DNA of 37,883 bases from Gammaproteobacteria bacterium (GCA_038922895.1 JBCKWF010000003.1:1-37883), one strand, 5' to 3'. Shown: positions 1-9,862, counted from the first letter of the stretch. Notes: generated by a model from the sequence alone, not told the origin. Numbers and translations are program-made.

Positions 1-21
1 ACCATACATTCAAATATACGG

Positions 22-1404
22 TTGACCGAGTTGGCAAACCAGATCAAGCAAGCCGCTGTGGCCGGATTATTTTATCCGGAAGATCCGGCCGAGCTGCGCA
101 AGCTGATAAGAAAGTTGCTCGATCAGGCCACTGGTGATATTGACCTGGATCCTCCGAAAGCACTGATAGCACCACATGCAGGCTATATATATTCAGGCGC
201 CATCGCCGCTTCTGCATATGCTACTTTGAAATCGGTAAGGCAAAAGATAAAACGCGTCGTACTGCTCGGTCCGGCACACCGGGTATACCTGCAAGGCATC
301 GCCGTATCCCATGCCGACCGTTTTGCCACACCGCTCGGCATGGTCGAGGTCGACAGGGAATTAAGGGAACGCGTAGTCGGATTTCCGCAGGTCTCGTATA
401 TGGACCAGGCCTTTGCCCAGGAACACAGCCTTGAAGTCCATCTGCCCTTCCTGCAATCGGTACTTGATCAGTTTACGGTCCTGCCTTTGCTGGTCGGTGA
501 TATCGCTGTAAATCAGGTGACGGAGTTATTGCAGGCAGTCTGGGGTGGTAATGAAACGCTGATTGTGGTCAGTTCTGATCTGAGTCATTACCACGATTAT
601 GCTACCGCGAAATCGCTGGACGACGAGACCTCCAGATATATCCAGTCACTGCAGTATGATAAATTCGGCCCGGATCGTGCGTGCGGCAGCAGACCGATGC
701 ACGGCCTGCTACAGATTGCCAGGCAAAAGAACCTGGAACTCGAAATACTCGACGTCAGAAACTCAGGTGATACTGCAGGCAAGCGTGATCGTGTAGTCGG
801 CTATGGTGCATATGCGTTACGCGCAGCCACAATTATCCAGAAGCAGCGCCAGCAAATGCTGATTGATATCGCGATAAACAGTATTGAAAACGGATTCAGG
901 CATGACAACGCGCATATACCTGACTTGCGTCTGCTCCCTGCAGCACTACAGGTACCTTCTGCAGTATTTGTCACCCTGTTACTCAATGGCAGATTGCGAG
1001 GTTGCATTGGCACGACCGAGCCAGGCTCACCGCTGGCATCAAGCGTGGCCATCAATGCCTACAATGCCGCCTTCCGTGACCCTCGATTTCCGCAACTGAC
1101 CCGGACGGAATTTGACCGGATCGATCTGGGTATCTCCGTGCTGACTGAAAAATCAGAACTGGAATTTAATTCGGAACAGTCACTTCTGGACCGGTTACAG
1201 CCGGGCATTCATGGACTGATCATTGCCAAGGACACACGCAAGGCGACCTTTCTGCCATCTGTCTGGGAAACCCTCTCGCAACCGGAAAAATTTCTCGCTC
1301 AATTAAAACAGAAAGCGGGTATTGCAGTACACGAGCAACTGGATCTGGCATGGACTTATGGATCCTGTTCTTTTTCCCGAAAACCCCGGACAGATACGGC
1401 GTAA
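22..1404 (+). CDS. amrB: AmmeMemoRadiSam system protein B (MEMO1 family) fused to protein A (AMMECR1 domain)
   Basis: N-terminal MEMO1 motifs: AVAGLFYP, PHAGYIYSG, EHSLEVHLPFLQ, SSDLSHY, VVGYGA. C-terminal AMMECR1 motifs: FVTL..LRGCIG, AAFRDPRF, ATFLPSVWE. TTG start. Confidence 0.92.
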   Translation: MTELANQIKQAAVAGLFYPEDPAELRKLIRKLLDQATGDIDLDPPKALIAPHAGYIYSGAIAASAYATLKSVRQKIKRVVLLGPAHRVYLQGIAVSHADRFATPLGMVEVDRELRERVVGFPQVSYMDQAFAQEHSLEVHLPFLQSVLDQFTVLPLLVGDIAVNQVTELLQAVWGGNETLIVVSSDLSHYHDYATAKSLDDETSRYIQSLQYDKFGPDRACGSRPMHGLLQIARQKNLELEILDVRNSGDTAGKRDRVVGYGAYALRAATIIQKQRQQMLIDIAINSIENGFRHDNAHIPDLRLLPAALQVPSAVFVTLLLNGRLRGCIGTTEPGSPLASSVAINAYNAAFRDPRFPQLTRTEFDRIDLGISVLTEKSELEFNSEQSLLDRLQPGIHGLIIAKDTRKATFLPSVWETLSQPEKFLAQLKQKAGIAVHEQLDLAWTYGSCSFSRKPRTDTA

Positions 1405-1592
1405 ACAGACAATAAATCTGTGCTGATGAGTCACCGATTCAGCTGGTCCTGAACGGCGTAGCCTGGTTTACGGAGTATTACCTCCCCCCTGTACGATATC
1501 GTCTGGGGGAACAGCAGTAACTCTGGTTTCATTGCCCACAGTTTGAACTTTCGCAAGGTCTCCATCTGATTGAGAAATAGGAGTATTTAATA

Positions 1593-3272
1593 ATGACGAT
1601 TACGAATTCCGGAAATTGCTGTCTGGCTGTCATCAGCATCTTAATCTGTCTGCTGTCGGGCAATATTGCCAGTGCCCGCGATGCCGATTATGACTCCTGC
1701 GATAATTATCTGCCCGCCCTGCGCAAGGCCGGTGACACGCTGGTCGGACCGGAATCCTGTTTGATGCACGAAATCGAATTTAAATTTAACGACCGCGATT
1801 ACGTACGTGTTGATATGGGGATAAATGGGACTGCCGAAGGTTATGTCACGATAGAAGGTGCCACCACGAATATCTGACCAACGGACCTGATCTGATCTTC
1901 CCGCAGTCCGGTAACGTGTCCAAACGCCACCTTGCAGTAGCACAGTATGAAAGAAACCGGGGTTCAGGCATCCTGCTGGTCTATCCGAAATCGCGCCAGG
2001 ACTGGAACGGAAAAATGTGGGTCACAGCGCATGGCAGGGGACGTTCATTCCGCAATGGTTCGATGAAACTGTGGCACGCCTACCTTGACCCGGTTGATCC
2101 ACTTGCAGCATTTGACAAGATTGACAAGGTGATGTTGGCCAAAGGGTATGCCCTGGCTGTGACTCTCCGAACCAGTGAGGAAGGTATTGGCGAAGTGATT
2201 GCCACACTGGATAACGGAACCGTGGTTGACTGGGCCGCCTTTAATGATAATGCCTCTATCATCCTGGACTTTACCGCCGTCGCCAAGGCCGCAATAAAAA
2301 AACGCCTGGGCAAGGAACCATTACGCACCTATCTGTATGGCCATTCCGCCGGTGCCAGAATAGGCCGCAGCATCAATTACACACCCGGATTGAATACCGC
2401 TGCGAACGGCAACCCCGTGTACGATGGTTTTCTGATGGATGATTCCGCTACCGGCTTTATGGCTACCGGTCGTGATAAAGGACGGCAAGGACGTACTACT
2501 GACCTCGGACGAGGACAAGCAGGCATTCAGGCCGCAACTTGAACTCGCGCACCAGCTCTATACGAAGGTCTGGGTCCGTTCTGATGAGAACAACCGGCTG
2601 GACTGGATGACTGAAAGCTATCTCGCCAACAAACGTAACAACGCAAAGATCCTGATGGAAAAAGGCCTGGCTTCAAAATTCAGGATCTATGAAATCAGAC
2701 AAATGAGCCACAACGGAGGAGAGTCCTTAGCCGATGGACGTAAGGGCAAGATCAGGATACTTGATGTGTCTCTCGTTATAGACGGCACGATCGATATGCT
2801 TGACGCGATGGTCGAGGGAAACCCTGATGTAACGCCTTCACATTCTGACTGGACCATGATTGGTGATCTGGACAAGGACGGCGTAATTGAGTATCCCGCG
2901 ATTGCCTATCCAGAAGTGGCCTGTCCTCTCGGTATATATTATCCCTGGCCCGAAAACGGTGCTGGCGAGACTGCATTCGCAGGATACACCGGTACCGGAC
3001 TCGAACCTCTGGATGAAAAGGAAGTGTTTGTCGATATGAACCGTAACGGGATCTGGGACAATCGCGAAACTGTCACCAATGCATGGCGGAGGCTTGGATT
3101 GCTGGCAGCTAATGAAGAATTCAACCGGGAAAAATATGTCCGCTGGGTTCGCGCTGCCGCTGGACAGCTGCAACAGACAGGATTTTTCAGTGACGCAACG
3201 GTCTCCCGTTATGTCAAGCAAGCGGGATCACGCGAACTCGCACTACCTCGCTGGATAATTAAGGTTGGTTGA
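1593..3272 (+). pseudogene. Secreted alpha/beta-hydrolase-like hypothetical protein (about 559 aa if repaired), split by two compensating frameshifts; either a pseudogene or sequencing errors
   Basis: ORFs 1593-1877 and 2439-3272 are in one frame and 1916-2542 is in the adjacent frame. The middle frame is open upstream as EYLTNGPDLIFPQSGN. There is an AGGAG RBS before 1593, a signal peptide, a YGHSAG (GxSxG) elbow, and DLDKDG/DMNRNG Ca-binding-like motifs. Confidence 0.7.
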
Positions 3273-3328
3273 TCAAGTACCCAGGCGGCGCTGGACAACT
3301 GTTCTATGGCAGTTGTCACTACAGTGAT

Positions 3329-3907
3329 TCAGCGACCACTTGCCAGTTTGCTTATCATCTGTCTGGCAGCGGCTGCACCGCTTACGTCCCCCATCCCGGT
3401 TTTTGCCAGTTCAATAATACGCCAGTTCTGAAACTGCAGGTTCCGGTCGTTGCGTAACAGTGAATTGGATTTACCGGCCAGCACAACAGCTTGTTGCAAG
3501 TTGCCCTGGTCCAGCCGTATGGCTGCGAGCCTGGACCACAGCAATGCACTTTGCGGTTCCAGACCCAATGCCCTTTCAATCGAAGCCGCCGCATGATCGT
3601 TCCTGCCGGCCTGGCTTTCCTTTTCTGCATTATTTAACAATGCAATTACTGCGGGGCTGCTCGCTGGCAGACTTTGCTCGATGATCGGGTTGACCGATGA
3701 CGGCAGCGGGCCTGGACGACTGTACTGTTCAGGCTGGACCTGAGGACCAAGCGCAACGTCTTCCGGGACGGATTGTGGTAAATCAGTCCCGTCCACCACC
3801 GGCACACCGGTGCCGGATTGACTGAGCATACTGGTACATCCACTGAGCCAGAACAATGACAGTGCCAATATTGACAAACGTGCGCGTTCGAGTAGTGTTG
3901 TAATCAT
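3329..3907 (-). CDS. Tetratricopeptide-repeat lipoprotein
   Basis: Lipobox LSGC, Pro-rich linker and TPR-like AAASIERALGLEPQSALLWSRLA. Overlaps the mrcB stop. Confidence 0.8.
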   Translation of the reverse strand: MITTLLERARLSILALSLFWLSGCTSMLSQSGTGVPVVDGTDLPQSVPEDVALGPQVQPEQYSRPGPLPSSVNPIIEQSLPASSPAVIALLNNAEKESQAGRNDHAAASIERALGLEPQSALLWSRLAAIRLDQGNLQQAVVLAGKSNSLLRNDRNLQFQNWRIIELAKTGMGDVSGAAAARQMISKLASGR

Positions 3908-6222
3908 CTGAATGGCCAGAACCCTGGTTTATCTGCGTTAATCGGCTGGCAGAACAGGCTATTCCTGGCAGGGTATTGTCCTATATAGGGGATACTGCCC
4001 ATCTGAATACAGGTGTCCTCAAATTGCAAACGGATATCTTCAGTCCATGCAACCGATTCCGGACTGGACAGGGTCAGCGGTCGCACCGGTATCGCACTCA
4101 TGATCTCCGCCCAGATTTGCATGGCCCCGCTGGCCCCGGTAAAGGGTGTTGGCCGGTTATCATCCCGTCCAAGCCAGGTGACAGTCAACAAATCATCACC
4201 ATAACCCGCAAACCAGCTGTCCCTGGACTCGTTGGTCGTCCCGGTTTTTCCCGCCAGGGTCATACCGAGACCGGGATAAGCGGATAGTTGCCGTGCCGTT
4301 CCGAGATCGGTGACCCTGGTCAATAAATAATTAACCAGAAACACGGGTTCAGGTTCCAGCGCCGGCACCATATCCAGCTGGTGACGTTGCAATGGTTCAC
4401 CTTCACTATTCAGCACTTCAAGAATGGCATTCAGTGTTACCCGATAACCTCCGTTTGCCAATGTCTGATACATCTGGGTCACCTCATACGGAGACAAATC
4501 AACCGCACCCAGTAGTAGGGATGGATACGGATTCAGAGGCGCGTTTACCCCGGCAAGCTTGAGCGTGTTTATGACCTTGTCCATACCGGTCTGCATACCT
4601 GTATGCACGGTGGCCAGATTATACGAATTTACGATTGCTTCCAGCAGGCTGACAGACCCGTGGTAGGTTTTATCATAGTTGTCCGGTTGCCATATACTCC
4701 CATCGGCCTGCTTCAGTCTGATGGCATTGTCTTCAACCACAGATAACAGGTTAAAACGTCCCGGATCCGACAATGCAGTCAGGTAGATAAATGGTTTTAT
4801 CAGCGATCCTATTGGTCTTTTCGCATCCAGCGCATGATTGAATCCTGTCAGCTCCGGTTGCCTGCCCCCGCTGATAGCCACGACTTCACCCTTGACAGGT
4901 TTGACGATAACGGTGGCGGACTCCAGCGAACCAGCCTCAAGCGCACGCTGTTTTTCCAGACTGGTAATACGCCGGTCTATTATCGTATCCAGTTTGTCCT
5001 GGATAGCCGGATCCAGTGTTGTATAGATTCTTAAACCTTCGTTTTTCAGGTCGTCCGATTTATAGTCAAGCAATAACTGCCGTCTGGCCAGGTCCAGAAA
5101 GGCAGGATATTTTGAACCTGCTCCACCCGGTGTAGCGGATACATCCAGCGGTCTGTCGCGGAGCGATACTGCAGTCTGCTCATCTATATATGACTCGTCT
5201 GTCATCATTTTCAACACCAGGTTCCGCCGCGATAACGCACGCTCAGGGTAACGCCGGGGGTTATAAACCGATGCACCCAGAACCATACCAGCCAGAAGTG
5301 CAAGTTGGTCCTCACGCAATTCAGTCAGTGGTTTGTTGAAATAGAACTCGGCCGCGCTACCAAACCCATGCACACCTCGTACACCATTCTGGCCAAGATA
5401 GACTTCATTCAGATAGGCCTGCAGTATCTCGTCCTTTCCATACCGCCGTTCCAGCAACACCGCCATAATTATTTCGTTCAGTTTTCTCGACAGGGTACGT
5501 TCCTGGGTCAGGAAAAAATTCTTGACCAGTTGCTGTGTCAAGGTGCTGCCCCCCTGGGACAATTCAACATTACGCAGATTGACCCAGAACGCCCGCGCGA
5601 TTCCGCGTATATCCAGTCCGAAGTGGGTATAAAACTGCTGATCTTCGACAGCAATAAGCGCATTAATCAGGAAGGCGGGTACGTCATCGGGGCCCAGCAG
5701 GGTCCGGTCTTCGTTATGGTCGGGATAAATCTTTCCTATCAGTTCCGGTTCCAGTCTTAACACCGGCACCGTAACACCTGAATTGATTGTGGTAATCCTG
5801 GTGACCACACCTGCATCAATTTCGATCCGGTAGCGGTCCGCTGCGACATGACCATCCCAGTAATCAAATGCCCGAAGATAGATCTCATATCCGGTCGCTA
5901 TACGCCTGAACTGCCCTGGTTCGGACAAAACCGGCCCTATACGGTAATTTTTTACCCTCAATGCCCTGTCCAACAGCCCAATCGCATCAATTTGACCTAT
6001 ATAGACGTCCTGCGGCCTCGCATAGACCCGGGCAGGTATGGTCCATTTACGTCCCCCGAATTCGGTATAGATACGATAGTCGAGCCACACAATATATGCA
6101 GAGCAGACAGAGATAACGATGATCACAATCTGCATGATCCGGAACAGTGACCACGTGATTGTTCCTGATCGTACTGATGATCTTGTGGATGATTTTCCCG
6201 ATGATTTTTTCTTCATGGACAT
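3904..6222 (-). CDS. mrcB: Penicillin-binding protein 1B (bifunctional transglycosylase/transpeptidase)
   Basis: N-terminal TM helix and UB2H-like region. GT51 motifs EDQQFYTHFG, QGGSTLTQQLVKN, RKLNE. Transpeptidase motifs SLIK, SYN, KTG. Confidence 0.95.
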   Translation of the reverse strand: MSMKKKSSGKSSTRSSVRSGTITWSLFRIMQIVIIVISVCSAYIVWLDYRIYTEFGGRKWTIPARVYARPQDVYIGQIDAIGLLDRALRVKNYRIGPVLSEPGQFRRIATGYEIYLRAFDYWDGHVAADRYRIEIDAGVVTRITTINSGVTVPVLRLEPELIGKIYPDHNEDRTLLGPDDVPAFLINALIAVEDQQFYTHFGLDIRGIARAFWVNLRNVELSQGGSTLTQQLVKNFFLTQERTLSRKLNEIIMAVLLERRYGKDEILQAYLNEVYLGQNGVRGVHGFGSAAEFYFNKPLTELREDQLALLAGMVLGASVYNPRRYPERALSRRNLVLKMMTDESYIDEQTAVSLRDRPLDVSATPGGAGSKYPAFLDLARRQLLLDYKSDDLKNEGLRIYTTLDPAIQDKLDTIIDRRITSLEKQRALEAGSLESATVIVKPVKGEVVAISGGRQPELTGFNHALDAKRPIGSLIKPFIYLTALSDPGRFNLLSVVEDNAIRLKQADGSIWQPDNYDKTYHGSVSLLEAIVNSYNLATVHTGMQTGMDKVINTLKLAGVNAPLNPYPSLLLGAVDLSPYEVTQMYQTLANGGYRVTLNAILEVLNSEGEPLQRHQLDMVPALEPEPVFLVNYLLTRVTDLGTARQLSAYPGLGMTLAGKTGTTNESRDSWFAGYGDDLLTVTWLGRDDNRPTPFTGASGAMQIWAEIMSAIPVRPLTLSSPESVAWTEDIRLQFEDTCIQMGSIPYIGQYPARNSLFCQPINADKPGFWPFR

Positions 6223-6261
6223 TGGAAAAAATGCGCGTTTAGTTGTTCCACTTTTCTAACA

Positions 6262-6294
6262 GAAATAAAAAAGGCCCCGCTAGTACGGGGCCTT
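6262..6294 (-). terminator. Rho-independent terminator
   Basis: 9-bp stem AAGGCCCCG/CGGGGCCTT (6271-6294) with a 6-nt loop, followed by a U-tract on the minus strand. Confidence 0.85.
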
Positions 6295-6316
6295 AAATTG
6301 TTCCGAGAGAGTCACC

Positions 6317-6329
6317 TAACTTATTGATT
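6317..6329 (-). promoter_or_regulatory. Putative IHF-binding site
   Basis: Minus strand AATCAATAAGTTA matches WATCAANNNNTTR exactly, with an A-tract 5' of it. Confidence 0.4.
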
Positions 6330-6440
6330 TTCAGATTTTTTTACTATTTTCTGTACAACAACCTGAAGCTTCTCTCTCCTCGCTTTTATCTCCGCTCTGG
6401 CTTCCTGCCTTTTATCCTTTATATACTGGAGTGGAGTCAC
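6321..6440 (-). CDS. Possible 39-aa basic helical peptide (VTPLQYIKDKRQEARAEIKARREKLQVVVQKIVKKSENQ); may instead be a GGA-rich non-coding RNA segment
   Basis: GTG...TAA frame starting 10 nt after the stop of the Lys-rich ORF and ending before the terminator. No clear SD. Confidence 0.35.
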   Translation of the reverse strand: MTPLQYIKDKRQEARAEIKARREKLQVVVQKIVKKSENQ

Positions 6441-6450
6441 TAACGAGTGC

Positions 6451-6540
6451 TTATTTTTTTGTTGCTTTTTTCTTGGTTGCTTTTTTCTTGGTTGCTTTTT
6501 TCTTTGCTACTTTCTTCTTGGTTGCTTTCTTCTTAACCAT
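6451..6540 (-). CDS. 29-aa Lys-rich histone-H1-like small basic protein, MVKKKATKKKVAKKKATKKKATKKKATKK
   Basis: ATG at 6540 with GAGGAG SD 8 nt upstream, a 15-bp tandem repeat encoding KKKAT, and TAA at 6451-6453. It has its own promoter upstream and a terminator downstream. Below the ORF-track size cut-off. Confidence 0.75.
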   Translation of the reverse strand: MVKKKATKKKVAKKKATKKKATKKKATKK

Positions 6541-6628
6541 AACATTAACTCCTCTATGACATTGTTGGATGAAAATATAAACAACATTTACAACTAAACA
6601 ACAACACAAAAACTACAACTCGAAGTCT

Positions 6629-6666
6629 ATTATAGTAGTGTTTTTAAATTTTTCTAATTTTTTTTT
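6629..6666 (-). promoter_or_regulatory. Sigma70-type promoter for the small basic protein unit
   Basis: Perfect TATAAT (6629-6634), weak -35 TTAGAA 17 bp upstream, and a long A-tract resembling an UP element. Confidence 0.55.
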
Positions 6667-6812
6667 GCACTTTTTCAAAAAAATCAGGAAAAGAGATCCT
6701 TTCGTATCCATTTTGCATACAACATTAGAGAGAGTATTCATGTCTGAATAACACAACGATAAACATGCAATTTCAAGCTTGCTGATCAAAGTTCAGCTCT
6801 GTATTTTTAAAA

Positions 6813-7475
6813 TCAATGACCGCTATTTAGTTTCAAAATTATCTCGTCACGTATCTGCTTGACTCCCGCATTACTCGTTATACGATAATATTTCAGGGCA
6901 ACAGGCCCCGAGTTTCCTGCCCGTTGCCTGTAATAACTAATCAGCGGGGATGTCTGCGTATGGTATATCTGCAGCCGTTTCCTGACAGTTTCCTCTCTAT
7001 CATCATCACGCTGGATCAACGCTTCCCCCGTCACATCATCCTTGCCTTGCTGTTTTGGTGGATTGAAAAGTACATGATAGGAACGGCCTGACTGTGGGTG
7101 GATACGTCGGCCACTCAATCGACGGATGATCTCAGCGTCCTCTACCCATAACTCGACCACATACTCGACTTTGATATTATTTGTCAGCATGCCATCAGCC
7201 TGGGCGACGGTACGTGGGAACCCGTCAAACAGATATCCATTCCGGCAATCATCCGCCGTTATGCGTGCCTTGATGATGTTCAGGATCAGTTCATCGGAGA
7301 CCAGTTCACCCGCATCCATGATCTTTTTAAGTTCAATACCCCGTTGAGTTCCCGTCCTGACTTCAGCCCGTAACATGTCGCCGGTTGAGATCTGGGGAAT
7401 GTTGAATTCCTGTTTAATAAAGTTTGCCTGCGTACCTTTCCCCGCACCCGGAGGCCCCAGTAGAATAATTTTCAT
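6813..7475 (-). CDS. adk: Adenylate kinase
   Basis: [12 protein letters not shown]-loop, [18 protein letters not shown] domain, QRDDD. Confidence 0.98.
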   Translation of the reverse strand: MKIILLGPPGAGKGTQANFIKQEFNIPQISTGDMLRAEVRTGTQRGIELKKIMDAGELVSDELILNIIKARITADDCRNGYLFDGFPRTVAQADGMLTNNIKVEYVVELWVEDAEIIRRLSGRRIHPQSGRSYHVLFNPPKQQGKDDVTGEALIQRDDDREETVRKRLQIYHTQTSPLISYYRQRAGNSGPVALKYYRITSNAGVKQIRDEIILKLNSGH

Positions 7476-7535
7476 TATCTATATCCCGTTAATTATTGTT
7501 AATATCCGCTACCGGCCAACTAGCGTAAAAACACT

Positions 7536-7919
7536 ATGAAAATCGAACTTGATACCCCCGCATCCAACAGAAACGTCATTGAATCCTATTCCCACGCAGG
7601 CATTATTATCAACAAAGTCCTGTACCAGAACAGTATTATTGTCTGCCCCGAACAGGCTATCGAAGACTGGCCCCCGCGCAATCTGGGCGGACTGAACGCC
7701 GGACATTTCCTCCGCATATTCGAACTGGCACCGGAACTGGTCTTGCTGGGGACAGGCAGCCGTCTCCGGTTTCCGGACCAGCAAATCCTTGCCTCCATCA
7801 TGTCCAGGAATATCGGAATCGAGATAATGGACACCGCCGCTGCCTGTCGTGCCTATAATTTCATCGCCAGTGAAGGTCGCAAGGTGGTAGCCGCCCTGCT
7901 CAGCCTCAATCCGGAATAG
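7536..7919 (+). CDS. Mth938-like domain protein (DUF498)
   Basis: PELVLLGTG and MDTAAACRAYNFIASEGRKVVAALL motifs. Confidence 0.9.
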   Translation: MKIELDTPASNRNVIESYSHAGIIINKVLYQNSIIVCPEQAIEDWPPRNLGGLNAGHFLRIFELAPELVLLGTGSRLRFPDQQILASIMSRNIGIEIMDTAAACRAYNFIASEGRKVVAALLSLNPE

Positions 7920-7924
7920 GCAGC

Positions 7925-8947
7925 TCAATTTTCCATAAACAGCGCATCAAGTGAAAACCCCTCTCTTTTCAGCATCTGTCGCAGCCGCTTGATTGCCTCT
8001 ATCTGAATCTGCCTGACACGTTCACGTGTCACCCCGAGTTCAGCGCCGATCTCTTCCAGAGTGGCTATGTCCCTGCCGCGCAGGCCGAACCGGCGTTCTA
8101 CTACGGCACATTGCTTGTCTGACAGCTGGTTTAACCAGATTTCGATATGTCTCTGGACATCGCTATTCTGCAGGAGCAGGGACGGATCCAGATTATGAGC
8201 ATCCGGGATTGAATCAAGCAGCGACTTGTCCTGATCATAGGCGCTATGGTTGCTTACCGGGCTTACCCGCTCATTCAGGCCGAGCATTTTCTTGACCTCT
8301 TCAATGGGTCGGTCCAGCATCTCGGCCACATCTTCCGGTGTAGGTTCCCGATCCAGCTTTTGCGAAAGCTTGCGTGCTGCGCGCAGATATATATTGATTT
8401 CCTTGACGACATGGATGGGCAGCCTGACTGTCCTGGTCTGGTTCATGATTCCACGTTCTATGGTTTGACGTATCCACCAGGTCGCATAAGTGGAAAACCG
8501 GAAGCCTTTTTCAGGATTGAATTTTTCGACTGCGCGCATCAGACCCAGGTTACCCTCCTCGATCAGGTCTAGCAGGGCCATACCACGGTTCATATAGCGT
8601 CTTGCGATCTTGACTACCAGGCGCAGATTGCCTTCAATCATGCGTTTTCTTGAGGCCTCATCGCCTTGCAAGGCCTTGCGGGAGTAATATACCTCCTGTT
8701 CGGCGGTCAATAAGGCGGAAAAGCCGATTTCGTTCAGATACATCCGTGTCGCATCCAGGTCCCCCTCTGTCAGCGTCCTCGCCCTGATTTCGGTATCCAG
8801 ATCCGGGGGCAATTCCGGTTCACTGGCAACATCGGTTTCGCTCAGTTCTTCCGGTTCTTCCAGATCGTCTGCTGCAAACGGCTCGTCCCCCTCCTGCAAT
8901 GCCGGTTCATCATTACTGTCATCTGCTGGCCGCTTTTTATCAGGCAT
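7925..8947 (-). CDS. rpoS: RNA polymerase sigma factor RpoS
   Basis: [42 protein letters not shown], region 4 HTH. Lies downstream of nlpD. Confidence 0.95.
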   Translation of the reverse strand: MPDKKRPADDSNDEPALQEGDEPFAADDLEEPEELSETDVASEPELPPDLDTEIRARTLTEGDLDATRMYLNEIGFSALLTAEQEVYYSRKALQGDEASRKRMIEGNLRLVVKIARRYMNRGMALLDLIEEGNLGLMRAVEKFNPEKGFRFSTYATWWIRQTIERGIMNQTRTVRLPIHVVKEINIYLRAARKLSQKLDREPTPEDVAEMLDRPIEEVKKMLGLNERVSPVSNHSAYDQDKSLLDSIPDAHNLDPSLLLQNSDVQRHIEIWLNQLSDKQCAVVERRFGLRGRDIATLEEIGAELGVTRERVRQIQIEAIKRLRQMLKREGFSLDALFMEN

Positions 8948-8962
8948 ATTTTCAATCGAGTA

Positions 8963-9847
8963 TCATGTGGCCGGCAGATACTGTAACGGATCCACCGGTT
9001 TGCCATCCTTACGTATCTCGAAATGCAACAATGGCTGGCCCTTGTTCCCCTTGCCCATCGTTCCGATTATCTGGCCAGAGTTCACCGTGTCACCTTCCTT
9101 AACCTGTATCATCTGATTATGAGCATAAGCACTCAGATAGGTTTCGTTATGTTTGATGATAATAAGCTTACCGTAACCCAAAAGTCCACTTCCGCTATAG
9201 ACCACAACACCATCTGCGGCCGCCGTGACCTGCTGGCCTTCCCGACCGGAAATGTCCAGGCCTTTTTGTGCTATCGGTGAATTGGATCGAATGACCTTGC
9301 CCCTGGTCGGCCATTGCCATGCAAGCATGCCCTGATTCAGTACCGGTAAAGGTTTAACAGGTTCACTCCTTACCGGATCACTTTTCACGGGTTGAGGTTC
9401 AAGCGGGCCGGTTCCGGGTATGGGTGTCACATCTTCTAAAATCAACTGGTTCGGATTACCTGGCTGCTTCGCAGAGGGGTCGCCGAGAGGATAGGCCTTG
9501 ATTTCAGGCTCCTCTTTTAATGGCCGGGTTACTACCCCGGCGGGAGATAGCAGACGCAGCTTTTGGCCTGGATAGATCACATAGTTACCGCTTATGTTGT
9601 TCCAGTTGGCGATATCCCGGTAGTCCAGGCCATAACGCCAGGAGATGGAATAGAGTGTGTCACCCCTGACGACCTGATGAAACCCTTTGCTGACAGGTTC
9701 AGGTTCATAGCTGTTTCCGGAGACGGGTGCCGCCCTGTATGCACTGTCTGTGGGTCGGCTGTCTACCGGCGCCTGTGGTGTGGAACACGAGCACAGTGAT
9801 GTGACAGCGACTACAATGATCAGTTGTTTATACGATATATGCCCCAT
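8963..9847 (-). CDS. nlpD: LysM/M23 lipoprotein NlpD
   Basis: Lipobox, LysM GDTLYSIS, M23 domain GYGKLIIIKHN...SAYAHN...LHFEIR. Lies between pcm and rpoS. Confidence 0.92.
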   Translation of the reverse strand: MGHISYKQLIIVVAVTSLCSCSTPQAPVDSRPTDSAYRAAPVSGNSYEPEPVSKGFHQVVRGDTLYSISWRYGLDYRDIANWNNISGNYVIYPGQKLRLLSPAGVVTRPLKEEPEIKAYPLGDPSAKQPGNPNQLILEDVTPIPGTGPLEPQPVKSDPVRSEPVKPLPVLNQGMLAWQWPTRGKVIRSNSPIAQKGLDISGREGQQVTAAADGVVVYSGSGLLGYGKLIIIKHNETYLSAYAHNQMIQVKEGDTVNSGQIIGTMGKGNKGQPLLHFEIRKDGKPVDPLQYLPAT

Positions 9848-9862
9848 CGTTATTCTTCAGTG

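Noticed and set aside
1423-1470. CTGATGAG hammerhead-like core followed by a hairpin
   Set aside because: There is no GAAA after the putative stem II and no matching stems I/III with an NUH site.
6541-6812. AT-rich region as a replication origin
   Set aside because: There is no cluster of DnaA boxes and no oriC-linked genes. The promoter of the small basic protein explains the region.
7509-7928. 139-aa minus-strand ORF between rpoS and adk
   Set aside because: It is the shadow of the clearly recognisable plus-strand Mth938-like gene.
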